Below the pieces are notes generated by a model. It was not told the origin of the DNA. It ran no database searches and saw only the letters and a list, made by a program, of their open reading frames with translations. Made by a program: the position numbers and the translations under genes. DNA of 62,807 nt, counting the filler. It is 3 parts of 3 records of this genome, joined end to end, with 100 filler letters (N's around TTAATTAATTAA, not from the genome) between each part and the next. Parts side by side here need not be neighbours in the genome. Positions count along the whole stretch, not along the records: positions 32,486 to 62,807 come from SRR31156797_9308; 2 more parts are not named here. One strand, written 5' to 3'. This document shows, piece by piece, positions 48,445 through 57,531 of this stretch (its first letter is position 1; every line of letters begins with the position of its first letter).

Positions 48445-49962
48445 ATGGAAATATTAAACTCATCGCAGATGGGCAAAGCTGACGCTCACACTATCAAAGA
48501 GCTTGGTGTGCCTTCTGCTGTCCTTATGGAAAATGCCGCGAGAGCTGCAGCAGACGAGATCGTAAACGCTAAACCTGACGCAGTAACAGTCGCAGTTGTC
48601 GCTGGTGCTGGTAATAATGGCGGAGACGGTTTTGCGGTGGCGAGGCTTCTTCATAATGCCGGCTTCGCAGTGGACACTTACGTCGCATGTGACGAATCAA
48701 AGCTGAAAGGTGACGGGCTTTTAAACTATAATATCCTTAAGAATTTCGAAGCGGATATCTTCTTCCTCGGTGAAGAGATCCCATTTTTCGATGACTACGA
48801 TGTTGTTGTAGATGCACTTTTCGGTACAGGGCTTTCAAGAGCGCTCGAAGGGTTCTATGAAAAGCTGGTGCAAAACATTAACCTGACCGCCTCTTACGTC
48901 GTAGCGATAGACATCCCAAGCGGACTTTCCGGCGACACGCATAATGTCATAGGCGAATGCGTAGATGCGGACTTAACCGTAACTTTCGCCAGACCGAAAT
49001 TCCCGCACGTGATGTATCCGGCTAGGGACTTTTGCGGTGAAATCATCGTTGCCGATATCTCCATACCTGAAATAGCTGTAGATGCGGCGGAGCCTGACGT
49101 TTTCCTCCTTCACGAGGATATGCTCCCTTGTACGCCTGAGAGAGAGCCTGACAGCCACAAAGGTCACTTCGGTCATGCTGTTATCGCTGGCGGTTCAGCG
49201 GGTAAATCCGGCGCAGTTTTCATGGCTTCACTTGCATGTGCAAGGGCTGGCGCAGGGCTCACAACCTCTGCTGTACCTGAAAAGCTTATGCCGGTAGCTG
49301 AAACTGTAAACCCTGAGATAATGTCAATCGGGCTTGGTTCTGAGGCACACTTCACATCTGACGGTGCGCAGAAGCTTGCCAAATTTTTAGAAGATAAAAC
49401 TGTGTGCGCTATCGGATGCGGAATAGGAACTAATGCTGAAACAGGATTATTTCTTAAAAGATTACTGGAGGCTACTAAGCTTCCGGTTGTAATAGATGCT
49501 GACGGACTTAACTTATTGCGTGACATACCTTTTGAACACCTATCAGGTAGGGCTGTCCTCACCCCGCACATTGGTGAATTTGCCAGACTTGTAGACAAGA
49601 CAAACGAAGAGGTTTTAGCCGACAGGCTTAACCTTGCAAAAGAGTATGCTCTGAAAAACGATATTGTACTCGTCCTTAAAAGTGCAGACACAATAGTCGC
49701 ACTGCCGGACGGTACAGCCTACATAAACGTAACCGGATCCCCTGCCCTCGCAAAAGGCGGTAGCGGAGATTGCCTCACAGGGCTGATCACAAGCTTTATA
49801 GCGCAAGGGTTCCAGATGGATGAGGCGGCATGTCTCGGCATATACACCCTCGGGAGAACTGCTGAGATTGTCTCTGAAGAGATGAACGAGAAATCTGTGC
49901 TAACCACAGATGTAATAGAAAATATTTGGAAAACACTTGATGAACTTGAAGAGAACTCTTAA
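48445..49962 (+). CDS. nnr: Bifunctional NAD(P)H-hydrate epimerase/dehydratase
   Basis: LMENA, GNNGGDG, DALFGTG, DIPSG, HKG, TPHIGE and GGSGD motifs. Confidence 0.93.
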   Translation: MEILNSSQMGKADAHTIKELGVPSAVLMENAARAAADEIVNAKPDAVTVAVVAGAGNNGGDGFAVARLLHNAGFAVDTYVACDESKLKGDGLLNYNILKNFEADIFFLGEEIPFFDDYDVVVDALFGTGLSRALEGFYEKLVQNINLTASYVVAIDIPSGLSGDTHNVIGECVDADLTVTFARPKFPHVMYPARDFCGEIIVADISIPEIAVDAAEPDVFLLHEDMLPCTPEREPDSHKGHFGHAVIAGGSAGKSGAVFMASLACARAGAGLTTSAVPEKLMPVAETVNPEIMSIGLGSEAHFTSDGAQKLAKFLEDKTVCAIGCGIGTNAETGLFLKRLLEATKLPVVIDADGLNLLRDIPFEHLSGRAVLTPHIGEFARLVDKTNEEVLADRLNLAKEYALKNDIVLVLKSADTIVALPDGTAYINVTGSPALAKGGSGDCLTGLITSFIAQGFQMDEAACLGIYTLGRTAEIVSEEMNEKSVLTTDVIENIWKTLDELEENS

Positions 49963-50359
49963 GAACGAAGAAGATACTATAAATCTCGCAAACGAACTTG
50001 CTGACCAGCTCGAAGGTCAGGTTGTACTTATGAACGGAACACTCGGCGCTGGTAAAACTTTTTTTGTCAAAGCTGTGGCTAATAAGTACGGATGCGACGA
50101 AACAAGCAGTCCTACTTTCACTCTGCATCAAAGATACAAAGGGTCTGCAACTCTGCATCACTTCGACCTCTACAGGCTTGAAAGCATGTATGAACTCGAT
50201 AATATAGACTTCTGGGAATATGTAGACAGCGGAGAAACCTGCTTTATTGAGTGGGCGGATAGATTTAACCTTAAGGATGAGCTTGAAAAATATACCGAAA
50301 TCACTATAACTGTAGTTAGCTCGAATGAGCGAGTTTTCGAAATCACTCAGTCGAACTAA
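49940..50359 (+). CDS. tsaE: tRNA t6A biosynthesis ATPase
   Basis: GTLGAGKT, SPTF, HFDLYRL and IEW motifs. Confidence 0.93.
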   Translation: MNLKRTLKNEEDTINLANELADQLEGQVVLMNGTLGAGKTFFVKAVANKYGCDETSSPTFTLHQRYKGSATLHHFDLYRLESMYELDNIDFWEYVDSGETCFIEWADRFNLKDELEKYTEITITVVSSNERVFEITQSN

Positions 50360-50377
50360 ACGAGGTAGCAATAGAAA

Positions 50378-50608
50378 ATGTTAGTAAAACCTGAAATGTG
50401 CCCCTACTGTGGGGAGAAAAGGCTGGAGGAGCTTCAGCCGACAGAGGTCGTCATAGACGAAATGCTCTGGACAATATATCACTATGAATGCCAGTTCTGC
50501 GGAGAAGTGTTTGACAAAATCAACCCTGAGGGCGAAATGAAATACGACATCTTTGCGCAAGGGTTTGACGGCAGTGAGGACGACGGTGAAGAAAGACTCG
50601 ATAACTGA
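50378..50608 (+). CDS. Small acidic zinc-ribbon hypothetical protein
   Basis: CPYC...CQFC; GAGG SD. Confidence 0.7.
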   Translation: MLVKPEMCPYCGEKRLEELQPTEVVIDEMLWTIYHYECQFCGEVFDKINPEGEMKYDIFAQGFDGSEDDGEERLDN

Positions 50609-50858
50609 TATCTTAGACAACCTTAGTGACGAAGAAGTGAGCCGTATTATGGTTCTCAAAAGCGGCTTGGAGGATTTAAACCTTATCCTTCAGGAGATTG
50701 AGGACACATACGAGCTAATTGGCGAAGCTGACCTGAGCGAAAGCGACAGGAAGAACCATAGACTGCGCCTGCTCTCACTTGAAAGGTATATGGCTGAGCT
50801 GAACCAGAAGGTGAACAGCGCCATGGGCACCGAAGAAGAAAAAAATAAACTATCCTAA
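50586..50858 (+). CDS. Hypothetical coiled-coil protein
   Basis: In-frame GTG 50586 with GAGGA 5 nt upstream; fills the gap before valS. Confidence 0.6.
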   Translation: MKKDSITDILDNLSDEEVSRIMVLKSGLEDLNLILQEIEDTYELIGEADLSESDRKNHRLRLLSLERYMAELNQKVNSAMGTEEEKNKLS

Positions 50859-50875
50859 CGGAGTAACAGATAAAC

Positions 50876-53500
50876 ATGCAGAAAGAATACCCAACCCGAA
50901 TTGATCCATCAACCTTTGAAACAGAGATATACAACGATTGGCTCGATAAGAAATACTTTCACGCTGATGAAACAAGCGAAAAGCCGCCTTACTCAATCGT
51001 AATCCCACCTCCGAACGTCACAGGCTCCCTCCACATGGGACATGCTCTTAACAATACATTACAAGACATAATGATCCGCTTCCACAAGCTGAACGGATAC
51101 GAGACAATGTGGATGCCGGGAACGGACCACGCTGGTATCGCAACCCAAAACGTTGTGGAGAAACTGCTAGCGTCACAAGGGAAAACACGCCACGAACTCG
51201 GACGAGAGAAATTCATCGAAAGAGTTTGGGAGTGGAAAGAGGAATCCGGCGGAACAATTATCAACCAGCTTAAAAGGCTCGGCTGTGCTTGTGACTGGGA
51301 CAGAGAGAGATTCACAATGGACGAAGGTCTCAGCAAAGCCGTTCGTAAGGTATTCGTAACTCTCTATAAAGAAGGGCTGATCTATCAGTCTAAGAACTAC
51401 CTTGTAAACTGGTGTCCAAGATGCCACACCGCCCTCTCCGACCTTGAGGTTGAGCACGAAGAGATCGACGGTGCGTTTTATCACCTGCTCTACCCTGTTA
51501 AAGACTCTGACGTAAAATTCGAGGTAGCCACCACAAGACCAGAAACCATGCTCGGTGATACCGCTGTTGCTGTTCACCCTGAGGATGAAAGATATAAAGA
51601 ATTCATAGGAAAGACAGTTGTCCTTCCGCTTATGAACCGTGAGATACCTATTATCGCTGACGAATATGTTGATATGGAGCTTGGAACAGGCTGTTTGAAA
51701 GTAACTCCTGCCCACGACCCTAACGACTTCCTCCTCGGTCAGAAGCATCAGCTGGAATCCGTATCAGTTATGGATGACGACGGTTGCATCAACGAGGACG
51801 GCGGCGAATTCGAAGGTCTCGACAGGTTCGAGGCACGTAAGAAAGTTATCGAAAAGATGGACGAGCTCGGACTCTTTAAGCAGAAGGTTGAGCACAAGCA
51901 TCAGGTCGGTCACTGCTACAGATGTAAGACAGTTATCGAGCCTAAGCTCAGCGACCAGTGGTTCATCAAAATCAAGCCTATGGCTGAGGAAGCTGTAAAA
52001 GCTGTTGAAACAGGACAGATCAAAATCCTCCCTGAGACATGGCATAAAACATACTTCAACTGGATGAACGACATCCGTGACTGGTGTATCAGCCGTCAGA
52101 TTTGGTGGGGACACCGAATCCCAGCTTGGTACTGCGAGGATTGTGGGGAAATGACAGTTGAGATGGAAGATCCGACAGAGTGCTGTAAGTGCGGAAGCAA
52201 AAAACTCGAACAGGAGACAGACGTTCTCGACACTTGGTTCTCATCAGGTCTCTGGCCTTTCTCCACACAGGGGTGGCCGGAAAACACTGAGACACTTCAG
52301 AAATTTTACCCTACATCAACCCTGATCACAGGCTTTGACATCCTATTCTTCTGGGTGGCGAGGATGATGATGTTCGGTCTGAAATTTCAGGACGGAGTAG
52401 AGCCGTTTAAAGAGGTTTACCTCCACGCTCTCATCCGTGACAAAGACGGACAGAAGATGAGTAAATCGAAAGGTAACGTTATCGACCCGCTCATTATGAT
52501 TGATAAATACGGTGCGGACGCATTCAGATTCACCTTAGCTGCTTTCGCTGCTCAGGGGCGTGACATCAAGCTTGATGAAGCGAGAATCGACGGCTATCGC
52601 AACTTTGTAAATAAAATCTGGAACGCATCGAGGTTCATACTCTCCGGTTATGACGGACAGAAACTCGAAAGCTTTGACAACCTTGAGATAGAGGATAAGT
52701 GGATCCTTCAAAACCTGAAAGAAGCAGAGCAGAAGATATCTAAAGCGACTGAGAACTACGACTTTAACGAGGCTGCCGGTGCTATATATCAGTTCTTCTG
52801 GCATAAATTCTGTGACTGGTATATCGAGCTTATCAAGCCGAGAATCTACGATGAAGAGCGGAAAGAGAAAGCCCTCGCTGTAGCGGCTTATGTACTTGAG
52901 AACTCACTTGTTCTCCTTCACCCATTCATGCCGTTCCTCACAGAATACATCTATAAGCTTGTAACTGAGGAAGAGACTATTATGCTCGCTCAGTGGAAGC
53001 AGTTCGAATATGATTTCGCTGGTGACAGAGCTGAGATGGACGAATCTATCGAGCTTATCAGTATGATCAGAAACATCCGTGGTGAATACAACATCGCTCC
53101 TTCAAAAGAACTCAGTGCATTTGTCAAAACTGATAATGGTGAGATAAAAGACGTCTTCGCTAAAAACAAAGCACTTATCAAAAACATCGCAAGGCTTGAA
53201 AATCTTGAGATGACAGATACCACAGTTGAGAAAGCGGCTTCTAACATTTCAACCAGCTTTGAGGTTTTTGTTCCGCTTGAGGGACTTGTTGATTTCGAGG
53301 CTGAAGTTCAGAAACTTAAAAAAGAACTTAAAAAACTTGAAAAAGATCATAACATTTTTGGTGGAAAATTAAAGAATGAGAAATATTTAGCAAATGCTAA
53401 GCCTGAGATCATAGAAAAGGATAAGGCTAAGTTTGCGGATATAAACGATAAACTCGAAAAAGTTAAAGAAACTATAGAGAGGCTGTCAGGACTATGCTAA
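50876..53500 (+). CDS. valS: Valine--tRNA ligase
   Basis: PPPNVTGSLHMGH, DWCISRQIWWGH, KMSKS and C-terminal coiled coil. Confidence 0.97.
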   Translation: MQKEYPTRIDPSTFETEIYNDWLDKKYFHADETSEKPPYSIVIPPPNVTGSLHMGHALNNTLQDIMIRFHKLNGYETMWMPGTDHAGIATQNVVEKLLASQGKTRHELGREKFIERVWEWKEESGGTIINQLKRLGCACDWDRERFTMDEGLSKAVRKVFVTLYKEGLIYQSKNYLVNWCPRCHTALSDLEVEHEEIDGAFYHLLYPVKDSDVKFEVATTRPETMLGDTAVAVHPEDERYKEFIGKTVVLPLMNREIPIIADEYVDMELGTGCLKVTPAHDPNDFLLGQKHQLESVSVMDDDGCINEDGGEFEGLDRFEARKKVIEKMDELGLFKQKVEHKHQVGHCYRCKTVIEPKLSDQWFIKIKPMAEEAVKAVETGQIKILPETWHKTYFNWMNDIRDWCISRQIWWGHRIPAWYCEDCGEMTVEMEDPTECCKCGSKKLEQETDVLDTWFSSGLWPFSTQGWPENTETLQKFYPTSTLITGFDILFFWVARMMMFGLKFQDGVEPFKEVYLHALIRDKDGQKMSKSKGNVIDPLIMIDKYGADAFRFTLAAFAAQGRDIKLDEARIDGYRNFVNKIWNASRFILSGYDGQKLESFDNLEIEDKWILQNLKEAEQKISKATENYDFNEAAGAIYQFFWHKFCDWYIELIKPRIYDEERKEKALAVAAYVLENSLVLLHPFMPFLTEYIYKLVTEEETIMLAQWKQFEYDFAGDRAEMDESIELISMIRNIRGEYNIAPSKELSAFVKTDNGEIKDVFAKNKALIKNIARLENLEMTDTTVEKAASNISTSFEVFVPLEGLVDFEAEVQKLKKELKKLEKDHNIFGGKLKNEKYLANAKPEIIEKDKAKFADINDKLEKVKETIERLSGLC

Positions 53501-54321
53501 GAGAAAGACTTATACAGCTTGCCCTTGAAGAGGATATAGGCACTGGTGACCTCACCGCAAGAGCCTTTCGCAAGCAGAACAAAAGAGCCGTTTTCAGATA
53601 TAAAGCGAAAGAGGACTTTATCCTCTGTGGAACTATCACTGCAGGTATAGTCTTTCAGGAGCTGGACAGTGACATAAACGTAAAGTTTTATAACGAAGAT
53701 GGAACCTACCTCAAAAAAGGGGAATACTTCGGCGAAGTTGAAGGACCAATCTATAACATCTTAACCGGTGAACGTACATCCCTAAACTTCCTCCAGAGGC
53801 TGTCCGGTATAGCGACCAACACTGCTGATTATGTTAAGGAACTAGAAGGGACAAATATAAAACTCCTCGACACTCGCAAGACCACACCCGGCTGGCGTGT
53901 AGCTGAGAAATACGCTGTTCTCGTTGGCGGCGGACACAACCACAGGATAGGACTTTTCGACGGCGTAATGATAAAAGATAACCATGTTGACGCAGCGGGA
54001 AGCATCAAGGATGCGATAGAGCTTGTTCAACGGAATATCCCAAGCACAGTCAAGGTCGAAGTAGAAGTCAGAAACCACGCTGAGGCGGAAGAAGCCGCAA
54101 GCTATGGCGCTGACATCATAATGCTCGATAATTTTGAAGTTAAGGACATACAGAAGGCTATAGACATAATCGACGGCAGAGCTAAGATCGAAGTCTCAGG
54201 CGGTATCCGTAAGGACAACCTGAAGGATTATCGTGAACTCGCTATAGATTACATATCTGTCGGCGCACTCACGCACCACGCAACAAGTGTCGACATCAGC
54301 CTTAAGATACAGAAAGGATGA
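53494..54321 (+). CDS. nadC: Nicotinate-nucleotide diphosphorylase (carboxylating)
   Basis: DTRKTTPG, NHRIGL, IKDNH, EVEV and MLDN motifs. Confidence 0.95.
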   Translation: MLRERLIQLALEEDIGTGDLTARAFRKQNKRAVFRYKAKEDFILCGTITAGIVFQELDSDINVKFYNEDGTYLKKGEYFGEVEGPIYNILTGERTSLNFLQRLSGIATNTADYVKELEGTNIKLLDTRKTTPGWRVAEKYAVLVGGGHNHRIGLFDGVMIKDNHVDAAGSIKDAIELVQRNIPSTVKVEVEVRNHAEAEEAASYGADIIMLDNFEVKDIQKAIDIIDGRAKIEVSGGIRKDNLKDYRELAIDYISVGALTHHATSVDISLKIQKG

Positions 54322-54869
54322 TATTTAAAAGCAGCAGAAGTGTAAAACTCATAAGCAGACAGAGCATCCTCGTTTTTATAATCGTGGGGCTCTCATTCCA
54401 TATGCTCTTTAAACACAGAGCCAATGTGGATGCGATCGATTCCGGATTTACTGCTCCTGACCTCGCCCTTGAGACTCTTGACGGTCAGAAATTCAATCTG
54501 CACGACTTTAACATACCTGTGATGCTCGTTTTTATGAATACTAAGACACTCATGTCAAGCTCGCTATATCCTGATCTTATGCTGAAAAGGATGGCAAAGC
54601 TTAAACTTATAGAAGAACGTGGTATCGCTGGTTTGGTGGTGCTTTTAGACACGAAGCAGACGCCTGAGGCGGTAAAAAAGAAAATAAGGTCAAAAAAGTA
54701 TAAAATACTTGAAAATGCCGTTTATTTAAGTAATATTAAACAAGCGTCAGAAAAGTACGGGCTTTCCAGCTGGCCGCACTTCTTCTTAATTGACAGCTCA
54801 CACACTATTTTATACGAATCAAAGATTCCATCCATTGAGACGATGGACTCTATACTCGAAGGGAGTTAA
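54318..54869 (+). CDS. Membrane-anchored redoxin-fold protein without CxxC
   Basis: APDLALETLDG and WPHFFLID (TlpA-like); no cysteine in the protein. Confidence 0.65.
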   Translation: MIFKSSRSVKLISRQSILVFIIVGLSFHMLFKHRANVDAIDSGFTAPDLALETLDGQKFNLHDFNIPVMLVFMNTKTLMSSSLYPDLMLKRMAKLKLIEERGIAGLVVLLDTKQTPEAVKKKIRSKKYKILENAVYLSNIKQASEKYGLSSWPHFFLIDSSHTILYESKIPSIETMDSILEGS

Positions 54870-54874
54870 GTTAC

Positions 54875-55837
54875 ATGCAAGATTTTTTCAATGTTCAGGA
54901 CATTCAGGATGAATACGATATTGTAATACTCGGTGCGGGACCTGCGGGACTCACTGCAGCTATGTATGCGGCGAGAGATAAGCTCAACGTACTCGTACTT
55001 GAGAAACAGTTTCCTGGCGGTTATGTTGCCATTACTGAGTGGATCGAAAACTATCCTGGTTTTTTTGAAGGCATAATGGGAGCTGACCTCTCTGAGAAAT
55101 TCTATCAGCACGCTGTTAAATACGGCGCACTTATCAGAAGTGGTAACGTAATCAAACTTGAAGATTGCGGAAAATATAAAACCGTAGAAGTTGAAAACCG
55201 TGAAACTCCTATTAAATGTAAATCTATCATCGTTGGCTTCGGTTGCGAGCCTAAGAAATTAGAAGTCCCTGGTGAAAATAAATTCTACGGACGTGGCGTC
55301 TCTTTCTGTGCTACATGCGACGGTTCATTTTATAAAGATCGCGAAATCGCTGTTATAGGCGGTGGCGAATCTGCTCTTGAGGAAGGTATCTACCTTACGA
55401 AGTTTGCTAGCAAGGTGCATGTGATTCACAGGCGCAACGAATTCAGAGCTTCCAGACTTTCAACAGAAAGAGCAGAAAATAACGAAAAAATGGAATTTAT
55501 TCTTGATTCTGTGGTAGAATCAGTTAATGGCGATACAAAAGTCGAAGGTTTGACCGTTAAAAACGTCAAAACTGGCGAAACTACCGAGCTTAAAGTTGAC
55601 GGACTTTTCGTCTTCATCGGTCAGACGGCAAACACCGACCTTGTAAAAGATCTCGTTAAGAGAGACGAGTGGGGATTTATCGTCGCAGATGAAACTACTA
55701 AAACTTCCCGCCCAGGCATCTATGTTGTCGGTGACGTGAGAAGTAAAGAGATCAGACAGATCACCACTGCTGTTAGCGATGGTACTGTCGCTGCTAAAAC
55801 CGCTGAAAAGTATATCGCAGATAACTTTAGCGAGTAA
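54875..55837 (+). CDS. trxB: Thioredoxin-disulfide reductase
   Basis: GAGPAG, CATCDG and GGGESA motifs. Confidence 0.95.
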   Translation: MQDFFNVQDIQDEYDIVILGAGPAGLTAAMYAARDKLNVLVLEKQFPGGYVAITEWIENYPGFFEGIMGADLSEKFYQHAVKYGALIRSGNVIKLEDCGKYKTVEVENRETPIKCKSIIVGFGCEPKKLEVPGENKFYGRGVSFCATCDGSFYKDREIAVIGGGESALEEGIYLTKFASKVHVIHRRNEFRASRLSTERAENNEKMEFILDSVVESVNGDTKVEGLTVKNVKTGETTELKVDGLFVFIGQTANTDLVKDLVKRDEWGFIVADETTKTSRPGIYVVGDVRSKEIRQITTAVSDGTVAAKTAEKYIADNFSE

Positions 55838-55853
55838 TATACCGGAGGAAATT

Positions 55854-56237
55854 ATGAGACTGCTGATACTAACTGTTTTCGCTTTGATGCTTACGTTTTC
55901 AAGTGTTTTCGCGGAGACCTCTGTCAGTAGGATCGTGATGACAAACGGTATAGAAAAAAGAGAACCCGTAAACTCTGCTGTGGTCTTCGACAAAGATGTC
56001 GGCAGGGTTTACTGTTATACAGAGATCGAAACCGATAAATACCCAACAGAAGTTACCCACATTTGGATTTATGATAAAAACATCGAAGCTGAGATAAAGC
56101 TTCCTGTGAAATCCCCTAAGTGGCGCACATACAGCTCTAAAGCTATCCTTGATAACTGGAGCGGTGACTGGAAGGTTGAGGTTTATTCTGAAAAAGGGAA
56201 ACTAATCGATTCTATCGACTTTAAAATCAATGAGTAA
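55854..56237 (+). CDS. DUF2914 domain secreted protein
   Basis: Signal peptide; REPV, HIW, WRTYSSK and GDWKVEV motifs; GGAGG SD. Confidence 0.8.
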   Translation: MRLLILTVFALMLTFSSVFAETSVSRIVMTNGIEKREPVNSAVVFDKDVGRVYCYTEIETDKYPTEVTHIWIYDKNIEAEIKLPVKSPKWRTYSSKAILDNWSGDWKVEVYSEKGKLIDSIDFKINE

Positions 56238-57048
56238 TAATCCACAAATTTCTTTTGTCCCTACTCCTATCGGAAACCTTGGCGACATTACCAGAAGAGC
56301 TGTACAGACTATGCAGGACTGCGATATCATCTTTGCCGAAGATACACGCACAGCAAGGTCTCTCATGTCCGCTCTCGATATAAAAAAACCTGTTGAATCA
56401 TACCATAAAGACAATGAAGCTCAGGCTTCATCACGCATAATCAACACAGTTAATGACGGTAAAAAAGTGTGTATAATCTCCGAAGCGGGAACACCTTGTG
56501 TCAGCGACCCGGGGAACACTCTCACCTCAAGGCTTGTCGAAGAAAATATCACATTTGAGGCTCTTCCCGGTGCTACGGCATTCATCCCTGCTCTGCTTAT
56601 GTCGGGATTCCCAGTTGAAAACTTCTATTTTCACGGATTTTTACCTCATAAGAAAAATGAAAAATCAAAAATTGCAGAAACACTGACAGGTATAAACAGT
56701 GTCATAGCATTCTACGAATCACCTCACAGGGTGAAAGAGACACTCGAGGTTTTGATGGATATATTCCCTCTGCCTCTTTACTGCTGCCGAGAGATTAGCA
56801 AGATATATGAAACCGGATATTTCATTAACAGCAAAGAAGATATCGACCAGATAACCCTTAAAGGTGAATTTGTTGTTGTGGTAAATAACAGGCAGGAAAA
56901 GGTGGCTGCACCGTCCGACTGCTCAGACGTGGCGAAAAAACTTGTCAAAGCGGGATACGACAGTAAAGAAGCTGTCAAAATATTAAAGGCGCTGGGGTAT
57001 AAACGTAACGACGCCTACTCAGCGATACAGGATATTATAAACACCTGA
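56230..57048 (+). CDS. rsmI: 16S rRNA C1402 2'-O-methyltransferase
   Basis: PTPIGNLGDIT, AEDTR, AGTPCVSDPG and YESPHR motifs. Confidence 0.95.
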   Translation: MSNNPQISFVPTPIGNLGDITRRAVQTMQDCDIIFAEDTRTARSLMSALDIKKPVESYHKDNEAQASSRIINTVNDGKKVCIISEAGTPCVSDPGNTLTSRLVEENITFEALPGATAFIPALLMSGFPVENFYFHGFLPHKKNEKSKIAETLTGINSVIAFYESPHRVKETLEVLMDIFPLPLYCCREISKIYETGYFINSKEDIDQITLKGEFVVVVNNRQEKVAAPSDCSDVAKKLVKAGYDSKEAVKILKALGYKRNDAYSAIQDIINT

Positions 57049-57531
57049 AGCGATAAAGAAAGCTGTCATAGCTAAAACAACCGCTGAAAGAAACTTCCTC
57101 TTCTTATTAATAAGCTTCGGTGTCACAGGCTCCATAAGCCCTTCTACTGAATCATTAAGCTCTTCTTTAAGTGATGAGACAAACCCTTCGAAATCTTCGT
57201 AAAGTGATGATATGAATACAAATTTATGCGGGTCAGATAAAATAAGTATTATCCTCCAGCGAAGCTTAACTATGCCTACATCCTCGATCTCAGCCACATC
57301 TACACATTTGCTTCCGTAGAGTGTTGTCTGGCAGATAGTTCCGTCTTCCAGCTCGATCTTTTTTGAAAAGAGCACAAGGAGGTTGAAAAGTATAAAAACC
57401 ACTGCAACGAAGCAAACAACAAGCCCGCCGCTTCCATAGTCAGAAAGATAAACAGAGAAGGTAAAAAAAAGTGACGCTAGAAACAGAATTAGTGTAATGC
57501 TGACAAGTCTTTGTTCTACTTTATAAACCAT
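57019..57531 (-). CDS. Hypothetical membrane protein
   Basis: Three hydrophobic segments; start overlaps the TPR gene stop. Confidence 0.7.
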   Translation of the reverse strand: MVYKVEQRLVSITLILFLASLFFTFSVYLSDYGSGGLVVCFVAVVFILFNLLVLFSKKIELEDGTICQTTLYGSKCVDVAEIEDVGIVKLRWRIILILSDPHKFVFISSLYEDFEGFVSSLKEELNDSVEGLMEPVTPKLINKKRKFLSAVVLAMTAFFIASGVYNILYR

